Below, one piece after another: positions 22,954 to 33,141 of a stretch of 64,000 bases of DNA. A program made the translations under genes and the position numbers. The DNA is from Promethearchaeota archaeon (GTDB taxonomy: Archaea; Asgardarchaeota; Lokiarchaeia; Sigyniarchaeales; SOKP01): positions 134,766 to 198,765 of the forward strand of contig JAHLWS010000077.1 in NCBI GenBank assembly GCA_019057795.1. Direction: 5' to 3'. The notes below the pieces were generated by a model. The model saw only the letters and a program-made list of their open reading frames with translations. It had not been told where the DNA came from and ran no database searches. Numbering within the stretch: position 1 is the first letter of the stretch; each line of letters starts with the position of its first letter.

Positions 22954-23889
22954 ATGCCCGAATTAATTGGATACATTTTAACGCTCGATGCGTTATTTAC
23001 TTGGGGAATAGCATCTTTAGTATATAAATATGGATTAGGAAAAACACAGCCGAAAGCGACATTACTTTTCAGAATTTTAATAGTTACACTTAGTACATTT
23101 ATTTTCGCGCTAATTTTTGGAGATTTCTCCTTTTTTTTTTCGTTTACTTCGCAAGAGCTTGTTGCTTTTTTAATTGTAAGTTTATTATCAGGTATTTCCG
23201 TAACAATCGGAGATTTACTCTATTTTAAAGCGCTTAAAAAGATTGATGCTTCGCGAGCTTATCCATTAACACAACTATCTTTAGTCTTCGTATATCCTTT
23301 AGCTTTTATATTCTTCGGTGAGCAAGTTACATTATCAATTCTTATTGGAGGGGGTTTTATTCTATTAAGCGTCTTCATATTAAGTACTAAAGACAAACCT
23401 AACATAGACATAAGTAATAGCGAAGTTATTCAAGAAGCCAATAAAAATTTACTTGTCGGAGTTTTATTGTCAATTGGAACCGCGTTTTTATGGGCAATTT
23501 CTTATGTTTCGTTTAATCAAGCACGAATAATTTCAAATGAGGTATTTGCCTCAAATTTCGTAAGAATAGCACTTGCTACAATATTTGTTGCGACTTTAGG
23601 ATTTTTTAGGCGCGATTACTATGAGGCCTTCAAGAAAGAAAATAAACCACATTTGAAATATTATCTTTACATCGGAATCGCAGGTGCGTTATCGCTAGGT
23701 TTAGCAGATTCACTTTTTATAATGGCAGTAGCAGTTAATGGGCTAGTATTAACCGCAACAATTACTGCAAACACGCCGATGGTCCAACAAACCTTATCAA
23801 TTCTAATTTTAAAGGAAAAATTTCGTAAAAGATTTATTATTGCAGTTTTATTATTGATTTTAGGCAATTACATAATTTTATTTTTTTAA
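22954..23889 (+). CDS. EamA/DMT family transporter
   Basis: Two EamA repeats (GDLLYFKALKKIDASRAYPL; ILILKEK) and about 10 TM segments. Confidence 0.9.
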   Translation: MPELIGYILTLDALFTWGIASLVYKYGLGKTQPKATLLFRILIVTLSTFIFALIFGDFSFFFSFTSQELVAFLIVSLLSGISVTIGDLLYFKALKKIDASRAYPLTQLSLVFVYPLAFIFFGEQVTLSILIGGGFILLSVFILSTKDKPNIDISNSEVIQEANKNLLVGVLLSIGTAFLWAISYVSFNQARIISNEVFASNFVRIALATIFVATLGFFRRDYYEAFKKENKPHLKYYLYIGIAGALSLGLADSLFIMAVAVNGLVLTATITANTPMVQQTLSILILKEKFRKRFIIAVLLLILGNYIILFF

Positions 23890-23911
23890 CTACATATAAG
23901 TACTTGATTTA

Positions 23912-24934
23912 ATGATTCAAATAGAAATTATTTTATTAACCAACAATATTGTTTTACCTTTTCAACAACTAAAACAAGATTATCAATTGGATTTTATCGA
24001 ACTGAATAAATTATTTGCTACTAAATCATTAGCAGAACACGGATTAGGATTCTTGATAAATGTTTACGAAGTTCAAGATTCTGATAATTTTACAAACTCA
24101 AAACTATTAAAAAAAATAATTTTTGATACTGGGGGGCCAAACTTAACCTTTTTACACAATTCAGATTTAAGGGGATACCAATTTTACGATATCGATATGT
24201 TAATTTTATCACATTGGCATTATGATCATAGTGGTGGATTACTAAAAATATTAGAAAGGATAGAAAAAGAAGTGCCTTTTATTTGCCATGAGAGCGCCAA
24301 TTTCGAAAGGTTTTTCAGGCGTGAGAAAAATTTAAAAATTGAAGATTTAAAAGGAAAGTCAAGAGAAGAGATTCTGCCATTGCTCTCGTCTTCAAAGATT
24401 GTCAATCAAGAGCCAATAGATTTAGAAAAAATAAAGAGTTTAAAAGGAAAAATTCAATTTACAAAAGATATTTGTGAAATCCTAAATATGGATGGGCTCA
24501 AAATTACCGTAAGCGGAGAAATTCCTAGAAATCACATTGAAGAAGATTTCAATAACTTCTTTTCGCTTCAAGAGGGCAATCTAAAGACGGATAAAATATT
24601 AGATGACAAATGTTTGATTTTAGAGTTTGATGAAAACATAGTTTTGATAAACGGTTGTTGCCATTCGGGTTTAATGAATACCTTAGATTACGTAAAGTAT
24701 TACTCAAATAAACCGATAAGTCATATAATAGGGGGATTTCATATGGCGGGAGCGTCTGAAGAAAGAATTAGAGTTACAATAGATTACTTAAACAAACTAA
24801 ATATGTTTGATGATACGCTATATATCTTTCCTATTCATTGTAGCGGAGAAAAAATTATCGAAATGGTTAATAAAAACAGTAATAGTAGAATTAAGGCGTT
24901 TAACACGAGTGTAGGGACAACCTTCAATTTTTAA
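23912..24934 (+). CDS. MBL-fold metallo-hydrolase (MJ0448/COG1237-like)
   Basis: AEHGLG, FDTG, LSHWHYDHSGG, GCCHSG, IGGFH and PIHCSG. Confidence 0.88.
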   Translation: MIQIEIILLTNNIVLPFQQLKQDYQLDFIELNKLFATKSLAEHGLGFLINVYEVQDSDNFTNSKLLKKIIFDTGGPNLTFLHNSDLRGYQFYDIDMLILSHWHYDHSGGLLKILERIEKEVPFICHESANFERFFRREKNLKIEDLKGKSREEILPLLSSSKIVNQEPIDLEKIKSLKGKIQFTKDICEILNMDGLKITVSGEIPRNHIEEDFNNFFSLQEGNLKTDKILDDKCLILEFDENIVLINGCCHSGLMNTLDYVKYYSNKPISHIIGGFHMAGASEERIRVTIDYLNKLNMFDDTLYIFPIHCSGEKIIEMVNKNSNSRIKAFNTSVGTTFNF

Positions 24935-25067
24935 TAAGAGTTTATCTCTAAATCAGTTCACAGATTTGTAAATTTGAAATAAATAATTAACGCTTTTCTT
25001 TAAATCCACAAAATTAAAAAGTTATATAATATTTTCTATTATATAAATTCTACTCGTATTCTATACA

Positions 25068-25601
25068 ATGATTAGGTTAAAAAAAGGCATAACTATTAAT
25101 CCACGATTGATTGCTTTTGTTGCAGTTATGAGCGTTTATATCATATTAGCCTTTTTTGATATTTTTAATCTTTTGTCAATGATAGGAATTTTTGTTTTTT
25201 TATCATTATTCAGTTCTTCATTAGCGACAATAATTTATTTTACATTGTCAAGAAGAATTGGTATTGTAGAAAAAGTTGTAAATGCTTTTTATTCAATTGT
25301 CGTAATTATGTTTTCAATAAATTCAATACCTCATGTAATGGAAAGTTCTATTTGTAATCTAAAAGTAATAGGTGATTTAATAGCACTTACTTTATTCATT
25401 ATAGGTTGTCCATATATCGTGTTTGCATTGATTAATACCGGTTTTCCAATGTGGTATCGTAAGTTCAATATTCTCGTTGGTGGTATTACATTACTCATTT
25501 CATTAATTTCTCTCGCTGCTCCTGTATTCGGATATGTGTTTCTTACTATTTTGTTATGTTTAATGAATATAATGAATAAAGTCTTAGAAGAAACCTTTTA
25601 A
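25068..25601 (+). CDS. Hypothetical multi-pass membrane protein
   Basis: Hydrophobic throughout, with a C-terminal motif shared with the next gene. Confidence 0.65.
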   Translation: MIRLKKGITINPRLIAFVAVMSVYIILAFFDIFNLLSMIGIFVFLSLFSSSLATIIYFTLSRRIGIVEKVVNAFYSIVVIMFSINSIPHVMESSICNLKVIGDLIALTLFIIGCPYIVFALINTGFPMWYRKFNILVGGITLLISLISLAAPVFGYVFLTILLCLMNIMNKVLEETF

Positions 25602-25729
25602 TTAATTAGATATTTTGATTAAACGTTATCGAAAAGATTTTTAATCTTTTTCAAAGGATTAGTAATTAAACAATAAAAGTTATAAAGTTAGGTATTAAAA
25701 TAAATCATAAAAACATCGATGATTGTATT

Positions 25730-26374
25730 ATGAGTATTCGGGTTTTAATGAATAAAGAGAAATTAATGGTTGACGATATTATCCTTGTTGTCCTGATAAT
25801 ATTATTTGGATTTTTAGTTATATATTTTGTATTAATTGCTATTATGGCACTTGCAGTATATCCTATCTCTGCATTGTTATTATATGGAATATATAAAATA
25901 CATAAAGGTATATTTAATAAGGAATTGAATGCTACACGTAAGGTAGTAGGTTTACTATTAGGAATAATGTATATTTCTTTTGCGATACTTATTTTAAGCA
26001 TAATTTTTACACAACCTCATATACCTGCGAGTTTTATTATTTATTTCTTAGCTATGCCAACATTTCTTATAGGCCTTGCGGGATTTTTAAAAGGGTTTAT
26101 TATTAAAGTATATTCTCCTCTTTTTCGAAGATTAAACATGCTAATTGGAGCAAGTACCATTATATTGACAATCATATCTATTGTATTTGCTGAATCAGGT
26201 TTTATATATCTTCTTTTTTCTCTTTTAATAGCGCTAATTCTTAATGGTATTTTAAGATCGGCATTATATCTGAGCGAATTTGGATTATCGCTAAACAGAA
26301 TTAGAAATTTAAAACTTGTCATTCTTATTATGAATTCTATAGATATGAAATATCCAGAGATTAATCAATTATAA
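25730..26374 (+). CDS. Hypothetical multi-pass membrane protein (HdeD/DUF308-like repeats possible)
   Basis: About 6 TM segments with repeated R..(G/N)..LG patterns. Confidence 0.65.
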   Translation: MSIRVLMNKEKLMVDDIILVVLIILFGFLVIYFVLIAIMALAVYPISALLLYGIYKIHKGIFNKELNATRKVVGLLLGIMYISFAILILSIIFTQPHIPASFIIYFLAMPTFLIGLAGFLKGFIIKVYSPLFRRLNMLIGASTIILTIISIVFAESGFIYLLFSLLIALILNGILRSALYLSEFGLSLNRIRNLKLVILIMNSIDMKYPEINQL

Positions 26375-26511
26375 TATTACCATAATATCTCTTGAATTTT
26401 AGTGCTTAAACTGAATGATTTAATAATAATAAAATATTAAATGATTATCCTTCATTAATATTTATTATAAAAATTTAATATTATCAATAATTCAAGGTTT
26501 TTGAATAGAAT

Positions 26512-27633
26512 ATGTCTGAAATTCACTTTAATAAAGAAGAAGGTTCCCAAATAAAATTATTCACACCTGGGCCCGTTTACATCCCAGAACGAATATTAAA
26601 GGAAATGGCAAAACCAAACGACACGCATAGGTCTAAACCATACGCAGAAATGCATCAACTTGTAGAAGAAGGGCTTAAAAAGCTTTTATTTACCTCTAAT
26701 ATTTGTTTAATTTCTACATCGAGCGCTACTGGATTAATGGAAGCTTGCGTAAGAAATTTAGTTAAAAAAGACGAGAAGGCTCTATTCTTTTCGATTGGAG
26801 CATTTGGAGATCGTTGGTACAAAATTGGAGTTTCAAATGGGAAGGTTGCTGTAAAAGAGGGCGTAGAATGGGGTAAACCAATAACTCCCGAATTTGCCCA
26901 AGAAGCATTGAATAAGGATAAATACGCTGTAGTTTTTATCCAATCAAATGAAACTTCCACAGGAGTTTACAACCCAATTAATGAAGTAATCCCAGTTATT
27001 AAAGATTTTGACGCTTTAGTATGCGTTGACGCAACATCATCAATGGCCGGGATTAAAATTGAGGTTGATAAATTAGGAATCGATGTGTGTTTAGCCTCAG
27101 TTCAAAAATCTTTTACAATACCGCCAGGACTGGCTTTATGTTCAATATCCAAAGCAGCAATCGAAAAAACTTCTCAGGTTAAAAACAGAGGTTTTTACTT
27201 TGACTTTCTTGATTTAGTCAAAAGATCTGAAAAACATCAAACGCCAACAACACCACCAATACCGCAAATTAGAGCTTTAGCGGCTCAATTGGATTATATC
27301 CTAAATCATGAAGGATTAGAAAAAAGATTTGAAAGACATGAACGATTAGGAAAACGTACTAGAATGTGGGCACGAGATATTAATTTTGAGATGTTTCCAG
27401 AGAAAGGATACGAATCCAATACAGTTTCTACTATGAAGAATTCGTTGAATATCGACATTGTGAAGATGGTTTCAACATTACTAGAAAAGGGTTATCGCAT
27501 TGTTAACGGCTATGGAGATTTGAAGAATAAAACCTTCCGGATTGGCCATATGGGTGAAGTGACAGTAAAAGATCTCGAAAACATGTTAAAGATCTTAACA
27601 GATATCGTTTCTGATTTAAGATTGAACCAGTGA
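26512..27633 (+). CDS. Class V PLP aminotransferase (serine-pyruvate/phosphoserine aminotransferase type)
   Basis: LFTPGPV, NETSTGV, VDATSS, SVQKSFTIPPG (PLP Lys), QTPTTP and FRIGHMG. Confidence 0.92.
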   Translation: MSEIHFNKEEGSQIKLFTPGPVYIPERILKEMAKPNDTHRSKPYAEMHQLVEEGLKKLLFTSNICLISTSSATGLMEACVRNLVKKDEKALFFSIGAFGDRWYKIGVSNGKVAVKEGVEWGKPITPEFAQEALNKDKYAVVFIQSNETSTGVYNPINEVIPVIKDFDALVCVDATSSMAGIKIEVDKLGIDVCLASVQKSFTIPPGLALCSISKAAIEKTSQVKNRGFYFDFLDLVKRSEKHQTPTTPPIPQIRALAAQLDYILNHEGLEKRFERHERLGKRTRMWARDINFEMFPEKGYESNTVSTMKNSLNIDIVKMVSTLLEKGYRIVNGYGDLKNKTFRIGHMGEVTVKDLENMLKILTDIVSDLRLNQ

Positions 27634-27711
27634 AATTATTAAATCTAAAATTTTCTTTTATTTTGTTGAATAATTTGCAAGAACAAGAGGAAAAGAGGAA
27701 CAAAACAAAAA

Positions 27712-27927
27712 ATGGAAAGGAAAAAAGAATTTAAAACACTTATCTTTGAAATAGTAATTGTTGAAGTTATATTGATACCTATTTTCATTATATTCTTGTT
27801 ACTCTATTTGTCAAGTATGTTTTTTCCTTTCTTTTTTATTTCTTTAGGAATTATTATACTTTTTAGTTTATTAAGCATTCTTCTGATTACGAATAAGATT
27901 TCGATAATTAAGTCAAAATCGATGTAG
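27712..27927 (+). CDS. Small two-TM membrane protein
   Basis: 71 aa with two hydrophobic helices and a GAGG upstream, lying between the aminotransferase and serA. Confidence 0.55.
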   Translation: MERKKEFKTLIFEIVIVEVILIPIFIIFLLLYLSSMFFPFFFISLGIIILFSLLSILLITNKISIIKSKSM

Positions 27928-28043
27928 AATATCGAATGGTACAATTAATTACGATATTTAAAGGGATATAATTAAATCAGCAAAAATTCTTTTATACATT
28001 AGTTTACTAAAAATATTATCCATTTATATAAAATTATAAAAAT

Positions 28044-28994
28044 TTGATGAAATTTTTGACAGGTAAAATTCTGATTTCGGACAAACTTCAAGAAGTAGGA
28101 GTGAAAATTTTTCAAGATAATGGGTTTGATGTCGTTAAAAACTTCGAAATAACCAATGAACAGCTTAAAAAAGAAATTGGGAATTATGATGGAATTGTCA
28201 TACGCTCTAGAACAAAATTAACGGCAGAAGTTTTAGAATACGCAAAAAACCTTAAAGCAATTGGCAGAGCCGGAGTTGGTTTAGATAATGTTGATAGGGA
28301 AAAAGCTGCGGAATTAAATATTGAAGTTTTAAACACGCCAGAAGCACCGTCCGTATCTGTGGCAGAATTAGCGTTAGGTTTAATGTTTACTTTAGCCAGG
28401 CATATCTCAAATGCAGACCGAACTATGCATAATGGAGAATGGAACAAAAAGCAATATCTTGGTTATACACTGAAAGGGAAGAAATTAGGCTTAATAGGGT
28501 TTGGAAATATAGCAAAACAACTAGCGAAAAAAGCAATAGCATTAGAAATGGAAGTCGGGGTATACTCAAGATTTAGCAAAGGAGCTGAAGCTGTGGAAGA
28601 AGCTAAAAACATAGGATGCAAGATTTATTCTTCTATTGATGATTTACTTCAAGAGTCACAAATTGTATCTCTACATCTCCCCGCAACATCTCAGACAGAG
28701 AATACTATTAATGAGAATAATATAAAATTGATGAAAAAGGAAGCTATTCTTATTAATACTGCCAGAGGAAAACTTATTGATGAAAAGGCTCTGATAAAAG
28801 CGTTAGAAAATAAAGACATAAGTGGTGCAGCATTAGATGTTTATAGAGAAGAACCACTGAAAGATATGGAATTAATCAAGTGCGAAGGGAACTTAATTCT
28901 TACACCTCATCTTGGAGCTCAGACCATAGAAACTCAAGTCTACGCAGCTACGAAAATTGCTGAAAAAATGTCAATTTACTTAAAAAATCTATAA
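28044..28994 (+). CDS. serA: D-3-phosphoglycerate dehydrogenase (short type, no ACT domain)
   Basis: IRSRTK, RAGVGLDNVD, SVAE, GLIGFGNIA, INTARG, ALDVYREEP and TPHLGAQT. Exact start is uncertain by a few codons. Confidence 0.85.
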   Translation: MMKFLTGKILISDKLQEVGVKIFQDNGFDVVKNFEITNEQLKKEIGNYDGIVIRSRTKLTAEVLEYAKNLKAIGRAGVGLDNVDREKAAELNIEVLNTPEAPSVSVAELALGLMFTLARHISNADRTMHNGEWNKKQYLGYTLKGKKLGLIGFGNIAKQLAKKAIALEMEVGVYSRFSKGAEAVEEAKNIGCKIYSSIDDLLQESQIVSLHLPATSQTENTINENNIKLMKKEAILINTARGKLIDEKALIKALENKDISGAALDVYREEPLKDMELIKCEGNLILTPHLGAQTIETQVYAATKIAEKMSIYLKNL

Positions 28995-29045
28995 AAATTG
29001 TTTTTTTTATTTTAATTTTACTTCTATTTTGAGACTCTTTAACAC

Positions 29046-31079
29046 TTAAATTTTAGATATTTTTACAATCACAGAAAAATAGGCTCCTGATAGCTGTGAT
29101 TCCTCGGGTTTTTCTGAAGTGAAAAAATTAACATTCTCATATAGTGTGTTAGCAAATGGTAAACCGGAATAAATTAAAGCAATTCCTGATTTTAAAGCAC
29201 TATTTTGATCTAAGATAAATTTCGCTTCACCAAATTTGTTAGAAACTAGCACATTTTCGTGTATTTTTAGCCCGACTGATTCAATATCATAGGGATTTAA
29301 AAAGATTTTGCTGAAAACACTCTCGAATTCTCTATGAATTTCGCCCATTTGAGAGTGTATGAAATATTTATGAGCAGGAGAGAGTAAATGAAACTCGTTT
29401 TGATTTCGATGTAAGAGAAAATCTAGCTTGGGGTCAAATAATTCCAAATCAGAATGTTGAATTTGAATTTTTCCATTGAAAGTTGGAAAGTTTAAATCTT
29501 CGAACGGAATATCATTAATTCCGAACGGGATAAAGTATCCATTTAGTTTTAAACTTTGTTGAGTTTTTTTAGGTAATAGTTCAACACACTTTTCGAAAAT
29601 CTCTTTTTGAGTTTCTTGAAGAAGCATGTCATCCCCCCATCCATTTTGCTTGGCTAATAATTGAAAAAACTCGTAATTTGATAAGCAATCCGAGTATGGA
29701 CATGGTCCTCCTTGATTTATCGATATCCCAGGTGTAAAATAAGGTGTTATTAAATCATAACATTCAAGGTCGAATTTTGCGGGGATAACAATATCTGCAA
29801 ATTTTGTTGTCTCGTTTAGAAACATGTCCAACACTACCACAAAAAGATCGTCCCGGGATAAAGATTTTCTTAATATAGTCTGATTTGGGAGAGAGTTCGC
29901 AGGATTAAGATTATATATAAATACAATCTTATATTTATTCGAAGTTAAAGAAGGACCTAGAGTTACCAGTGGAATCCTGTTATTTGGAGGGTATAATTTT
30001 GAATGGGTGATATAATTCATAAGTGGAGCTGTGAATTCTTTATTAAAGCCGCTTTGAGAAAATAAAAAACCCGTACCAAGTTTTCCAAAATTCCCTAGAA
30101 GGATTTGGATTAACGCAATTGCATTCAGATTTTTCCCACCGTAAAAATACTTCTGAGGTCCAAACCCTACAATGAACAGAGTTTTATGCTGAAATTTAAC
30201 AAGTAGGTTAGAAAAATCGTCCAAAATTTCACGGGTTAGACCGGATTGTTGAATAATTTTGTTTTCATCAATTATTTCAACCTTTGCTATAAGATTTTTG
30301 TAATTATCAACATGCTGGATAAGGAATTCTTGATCATATTTTTCGTTTGCTATGATTTTATTCATAATATATTTCGCAATTAGATAATCGGTACCTGGAA
30401 AAGGTTGTACAAATAAGTTCGAATTCTCAACTAATTCAGTTTTAATCGGATTCACTACGACGACAAGCGAACCATTTTTAATTGCTTTCTTAACTAAGAA
30501 ATAAGCGTGATTGTTTCGATCAGATAAATTACACCCCCAAACGACAATTAATTTATTGTTGGGATTGTAAATTTGGAAAGGATTTGTGGTGGAATAATTA
30601 CCAAACATTTGACTTAGCGCATGATTTCCAGCTTCATTACATATACCATCAGTTGTTACTGTAGCGCCAATTTTGCCGAAGAATCTAATTGGAGAAAATT
30701 GTGATATTAAACTGCTGTTTCCTGCATAATGAGCAGCTACAATAGACGAGGGTTCAAATTCGTTTTTGATTGTTGTTAGTTTTTCCGAAATAAGATTTAC
30801 CGCATTCTCAAGACTAATTGGTTTAAAGGAATTTGAACCTTTAGGACCTGACCGTATCAAGGCTGTTTTTATTCGACGAGGATGGTAAAGCAGTTTTTCT
30901 CTGTTATTTAATTTCGGACAGAAAAAGCCGTTAGTAAAAGGATGTTCCTCTAAAGGCTTGGCAGTTATAAGTTTTTTCTCGGGAGCTTGATCGTTCCATT
31001 CTCCCATAAATACACATGAACCGTAGCAATCTTTGGAGCAAGTTCCATACCTTTTTTTTAGTTCAAAATTATTACTCAA
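29046..31079 (-). CDS. Molybdopterin/tungstopterin oxidoreductase catalytic subunit
   Basis: CSKDCYGSC...HPFTNGFFCPK [4Fe-4S] motif, VWGCN, PGTD, NPANSLPN and DMFLNETTKFADIVIPA. Confidence 0.88.
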   Translation of the reverse strand: MSNNFELKKRYGTCSKDCYGSCVFMGEWNDQAPEKKLITAKPLEEHPFTNGFFCPKLNNREKLLYHPRRIKTALIRSGPKGSNSFKPISLENAVNLISEKLTTIKNEFEPSSIVAAHYAGNSSLISQFSPIRFFGKIGATVTTDGICNEAGNHALSQMFGNYSTTNPFQIYNPNNKLIVVWGCNLSDRNNHAYFLVKKAIKNGSLVVVVNPIKTELVENSNLFVQPFPGTDYLIAKYIMNKIIANEKYDQEFLIQHVDNYKNLIAKVEIIDENKIIQQSGLTREILDDFSNLLVKFQHKTLFIVGFGPQKYFYGGKNLNAIALIQILLGNFGKLGTGFLFSQSGFNKEFTAPLMNYITHSKLYPPNNRIPLVTLGPSLTSNKYKIVFIYNLNPANSLPNQTILRKSLSRDDLFVVVLDMFLNETTKFADIVIPAKFDLECYDLITPYFTPGISINQGGPCPYSDCLSNYEFFQLLAKQNGWGDDMLLQETQKEIFEKCVELLPKKTQQSLKLNGYFIPFGINDIPFEDLNFPTFNGKIQIQHSDLELFDPKLDFLLHRNQNEFHLLSPAHKYFIHSQMGEIHREFESVFSKIFLNPYDIESVGLKIHENVLVSNKFGEAKFILDQNSALKSGIALIYSGLPFANTLYENVNFFTSEKPEESQLSGAYFSVIVKISKI

Positions 31080-31110
31080 ACTTTTAAGCGCCCGACTTAT
31101 AGATTTTTGG

Positions 31111-32313
31111 TCACTCTTCTCGTAAATCGTGTAATACTAAACCGGATAAAAGCTTAGGGTCGAACCAGGTTGATTTCGGAGGCATTACTCCTCCAGAATC
31201 AGCAATTGATTCTAGGTCTCTTATATCGACGGGAAATAGGTTGAAGAAAATGTCATTTCCCTTATTTGTGATGTATTCTTCCATAATTGTTGGATCTTTA
31301 ATACCCCCAACAAAAAAGATGTTTTCATCAGCACGAAAATTTAAAATTCCTAAAATTGGCTCCAAAACTTTATCTTGCAGGATGGCTACATCTAAACTAT
31401 CTCTTTGTGAGTTGAAAGATTTATCTTTAGCAATCAACTCAAACCATTTTCCCTTAATGCAAATAGCAATTGTATTTTTCATATCGGGATTGAAAGCTTT
31501 TTTAACTTTTCTAACATCAAAAACATTTTCTAACTTCTCTATGAAGTCATCTTCATCATTCCTTAATTTCCTGATTACGCGATTATAAGGCAAAATCCGT
31601 ATTTGATCATCTGAAGCCACATAAGACAGTAAATATTGCCACGGAGCATTGGATTTATTAGTTTCAGTTGCTTTTTTCAACTGAGTTTTTCGGTATTCAG
31701 CTGCGCTCGCTGCGCGGTGATGTCCATCTGCTATGTAGACTTTTTTATCTTTAAAGAGATTTGATAATTGTTTAATAATATTCGGGTCTGTCTCTTGCCA
31801 GACTAAGTGGCGATAACCGTATTTTTCAAAGTCAAATTTGGGTTTTTTTTGTTTAATTTGCTCTATTAATTTATTTATCTCACGATCGGCGCGAAAAACT
31901 GACCATACGAGACCCGCTGCGACATTAGTCGCTACTATATGTTCAGTTCGGTCTTGAAGAGGTTTTTCGCGAGTATGTTCGTGCTTTACTATATTACCAT
32001 CTTCATAATCTTGAAGTGCGATTCCCATAATTAACCCTTGTTGACTAAATTGAGCGGACTCTTGACGATAAACATATATGCTTGGAGTGTCCTCTTGCAC
32101 AATAATGTTATTAGTTTTAAATTTTTCATAAGCGATCGAAGCATTATTATAAATTTCTTCGCCTTCACCATCAGGTAGTATAAGTTGAATTAACGAATTG
32201 GGGTTTTGTTTCAATTGGTATTCTTCTTCTTTTCCAATAACATCATACGGATTCGTAGTAAATTCGTTCGGGTCATTTGGATAATAGGGTCGTAGAGCTG
32301 AGATTCTAACCAT
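31111..32313 (-). CDS. DUF1015 family protein (ParB/Srx-like fold)
   Basis: PYDVI, KHEHT, YIADGHHR, ILPYNR and MPPKSTWFDPKLLSGL. Confidence 0.9.
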   Translation of the reverse strand: MVRISALRPYYPNDPNEFTTNPYDVIGKEEEYQLKQNPNSLIQLILPDGEGEEIYNNASIAYEKFKTNNIIVQEDTPSIYVYRQESAQFSQQGLIMGIALQDYEDGNIVKHEHTREKPLQDRTEHIVATNVAAGLVWSVFRADREINKLIEQIKQKKPKFDFEKYGYRHLVWQETDPNIIKQLSNLFKDKKVYIADGHHRAASAAEYRKTQLKKATETNKSNAPWQYLLSYVASDDQIRILPYNRVIRKLRNDEDDFIEKLENVFDVRKVKKAFNPDMKNTIAICIKGKWFELIAKDKSFNSQRDSLDVAILQDKVLEPILGILNFRADENIFFVGGIKDPTIMEEYITNKGNDIFFNLFPVDIRDLESIADSGGVMPPKSTWFDPKLLSGLVLHDLREE

Positions 32314-32372
32314 AATATGATTAAAAAGTAATTAAATTTTAAATTAGTTTCCATTATTTTGTAGAGATTAAA

Positions 32373-32960
32373 TCATAAAATACCTTCAATTCGAAGTAAA
32401 CTTCTTTTAAGATTTATTTGCCAATCTTCATCCATTTTTCCCATGAAGCCCCCTATTTTTCCATTCTTTTTTATAACTCGATGACATGGAATAATCAGAG
32501 GCAGTGGGTTATTTCTTAGAACGCTCCCTACGGCTCTATACGCTTTTGAATTTATCTTTTTTGCTAGATCTGAGTAAGTGGTCGATTCACCGGGTCTAAT
32601 TTTTATAAGAGAGTTTATTACTTTTTGGGAAAAATCCGTTTTAAACAAATTTGAAATATCTAACAAGATATCCATACTTTTCATCTCCTCGAATAAATCT
32701 ATTTCTGTACCCGTTAGATAATCGTTAATCGCGTTTTCCAACTGAAGCAGTATATTACATTCTTTAGCATCTTTATGGTTAGATACTTCAAATTTATTTA
32801 TTTTAATATACTCCAAAATAGCCGATTCGCTTTTGAAAAAGCTGATCTCGGTTAATTTGATTTTTTGCTGGTTCTTTAGATAATCATAAGATATGATTAT
32901 AAACGGATCAATAATATTCGGTTTAAAATAAAATACAGAAATTTCAACATACCTCCACAT
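32373..32960 (-). CDS. ogt: Methylated-DNA-protein-cysteine methyltransferase
   Basis: TTYSDLA, RAVG and NPLPLIIPCHRV (active Cys). Start moved to MWRYVE; the ORF is open to 33005. Confidence 0.88.
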   Translation of the reverse strand: MWRYVEISVFYFKPNIIDPFIIISYDYLKNQQKIKLTEISFFKSESAILEYIKINKFEVSNHKDAKECNILLQLENAINDYLTGTEIDLFEEMKSMDILLDISNLFKTDFSQKVINSLIKIRPGESTTYSDLAKKINSKAYRAVGSVLRNNPLPLIIPCHRVIKKNGKIGGFMGKMDEDWQINLKRSLLRIEGIL

Positions 32961-33141
32961 CTTTAAATATAACAAGTTCAGTATTAGACACAATATATAT
33001 ATCATTTCGATAAATATATAAATTGAATCTATTATCTCAATATTAATATTTATTGGTCTTAATAGATAAATAATAAATAGAGTTTATAATTATCAAAAAA
33101 ATTGAACTATACTTATAATTAAAGAATCGAGTAAATAAAAG

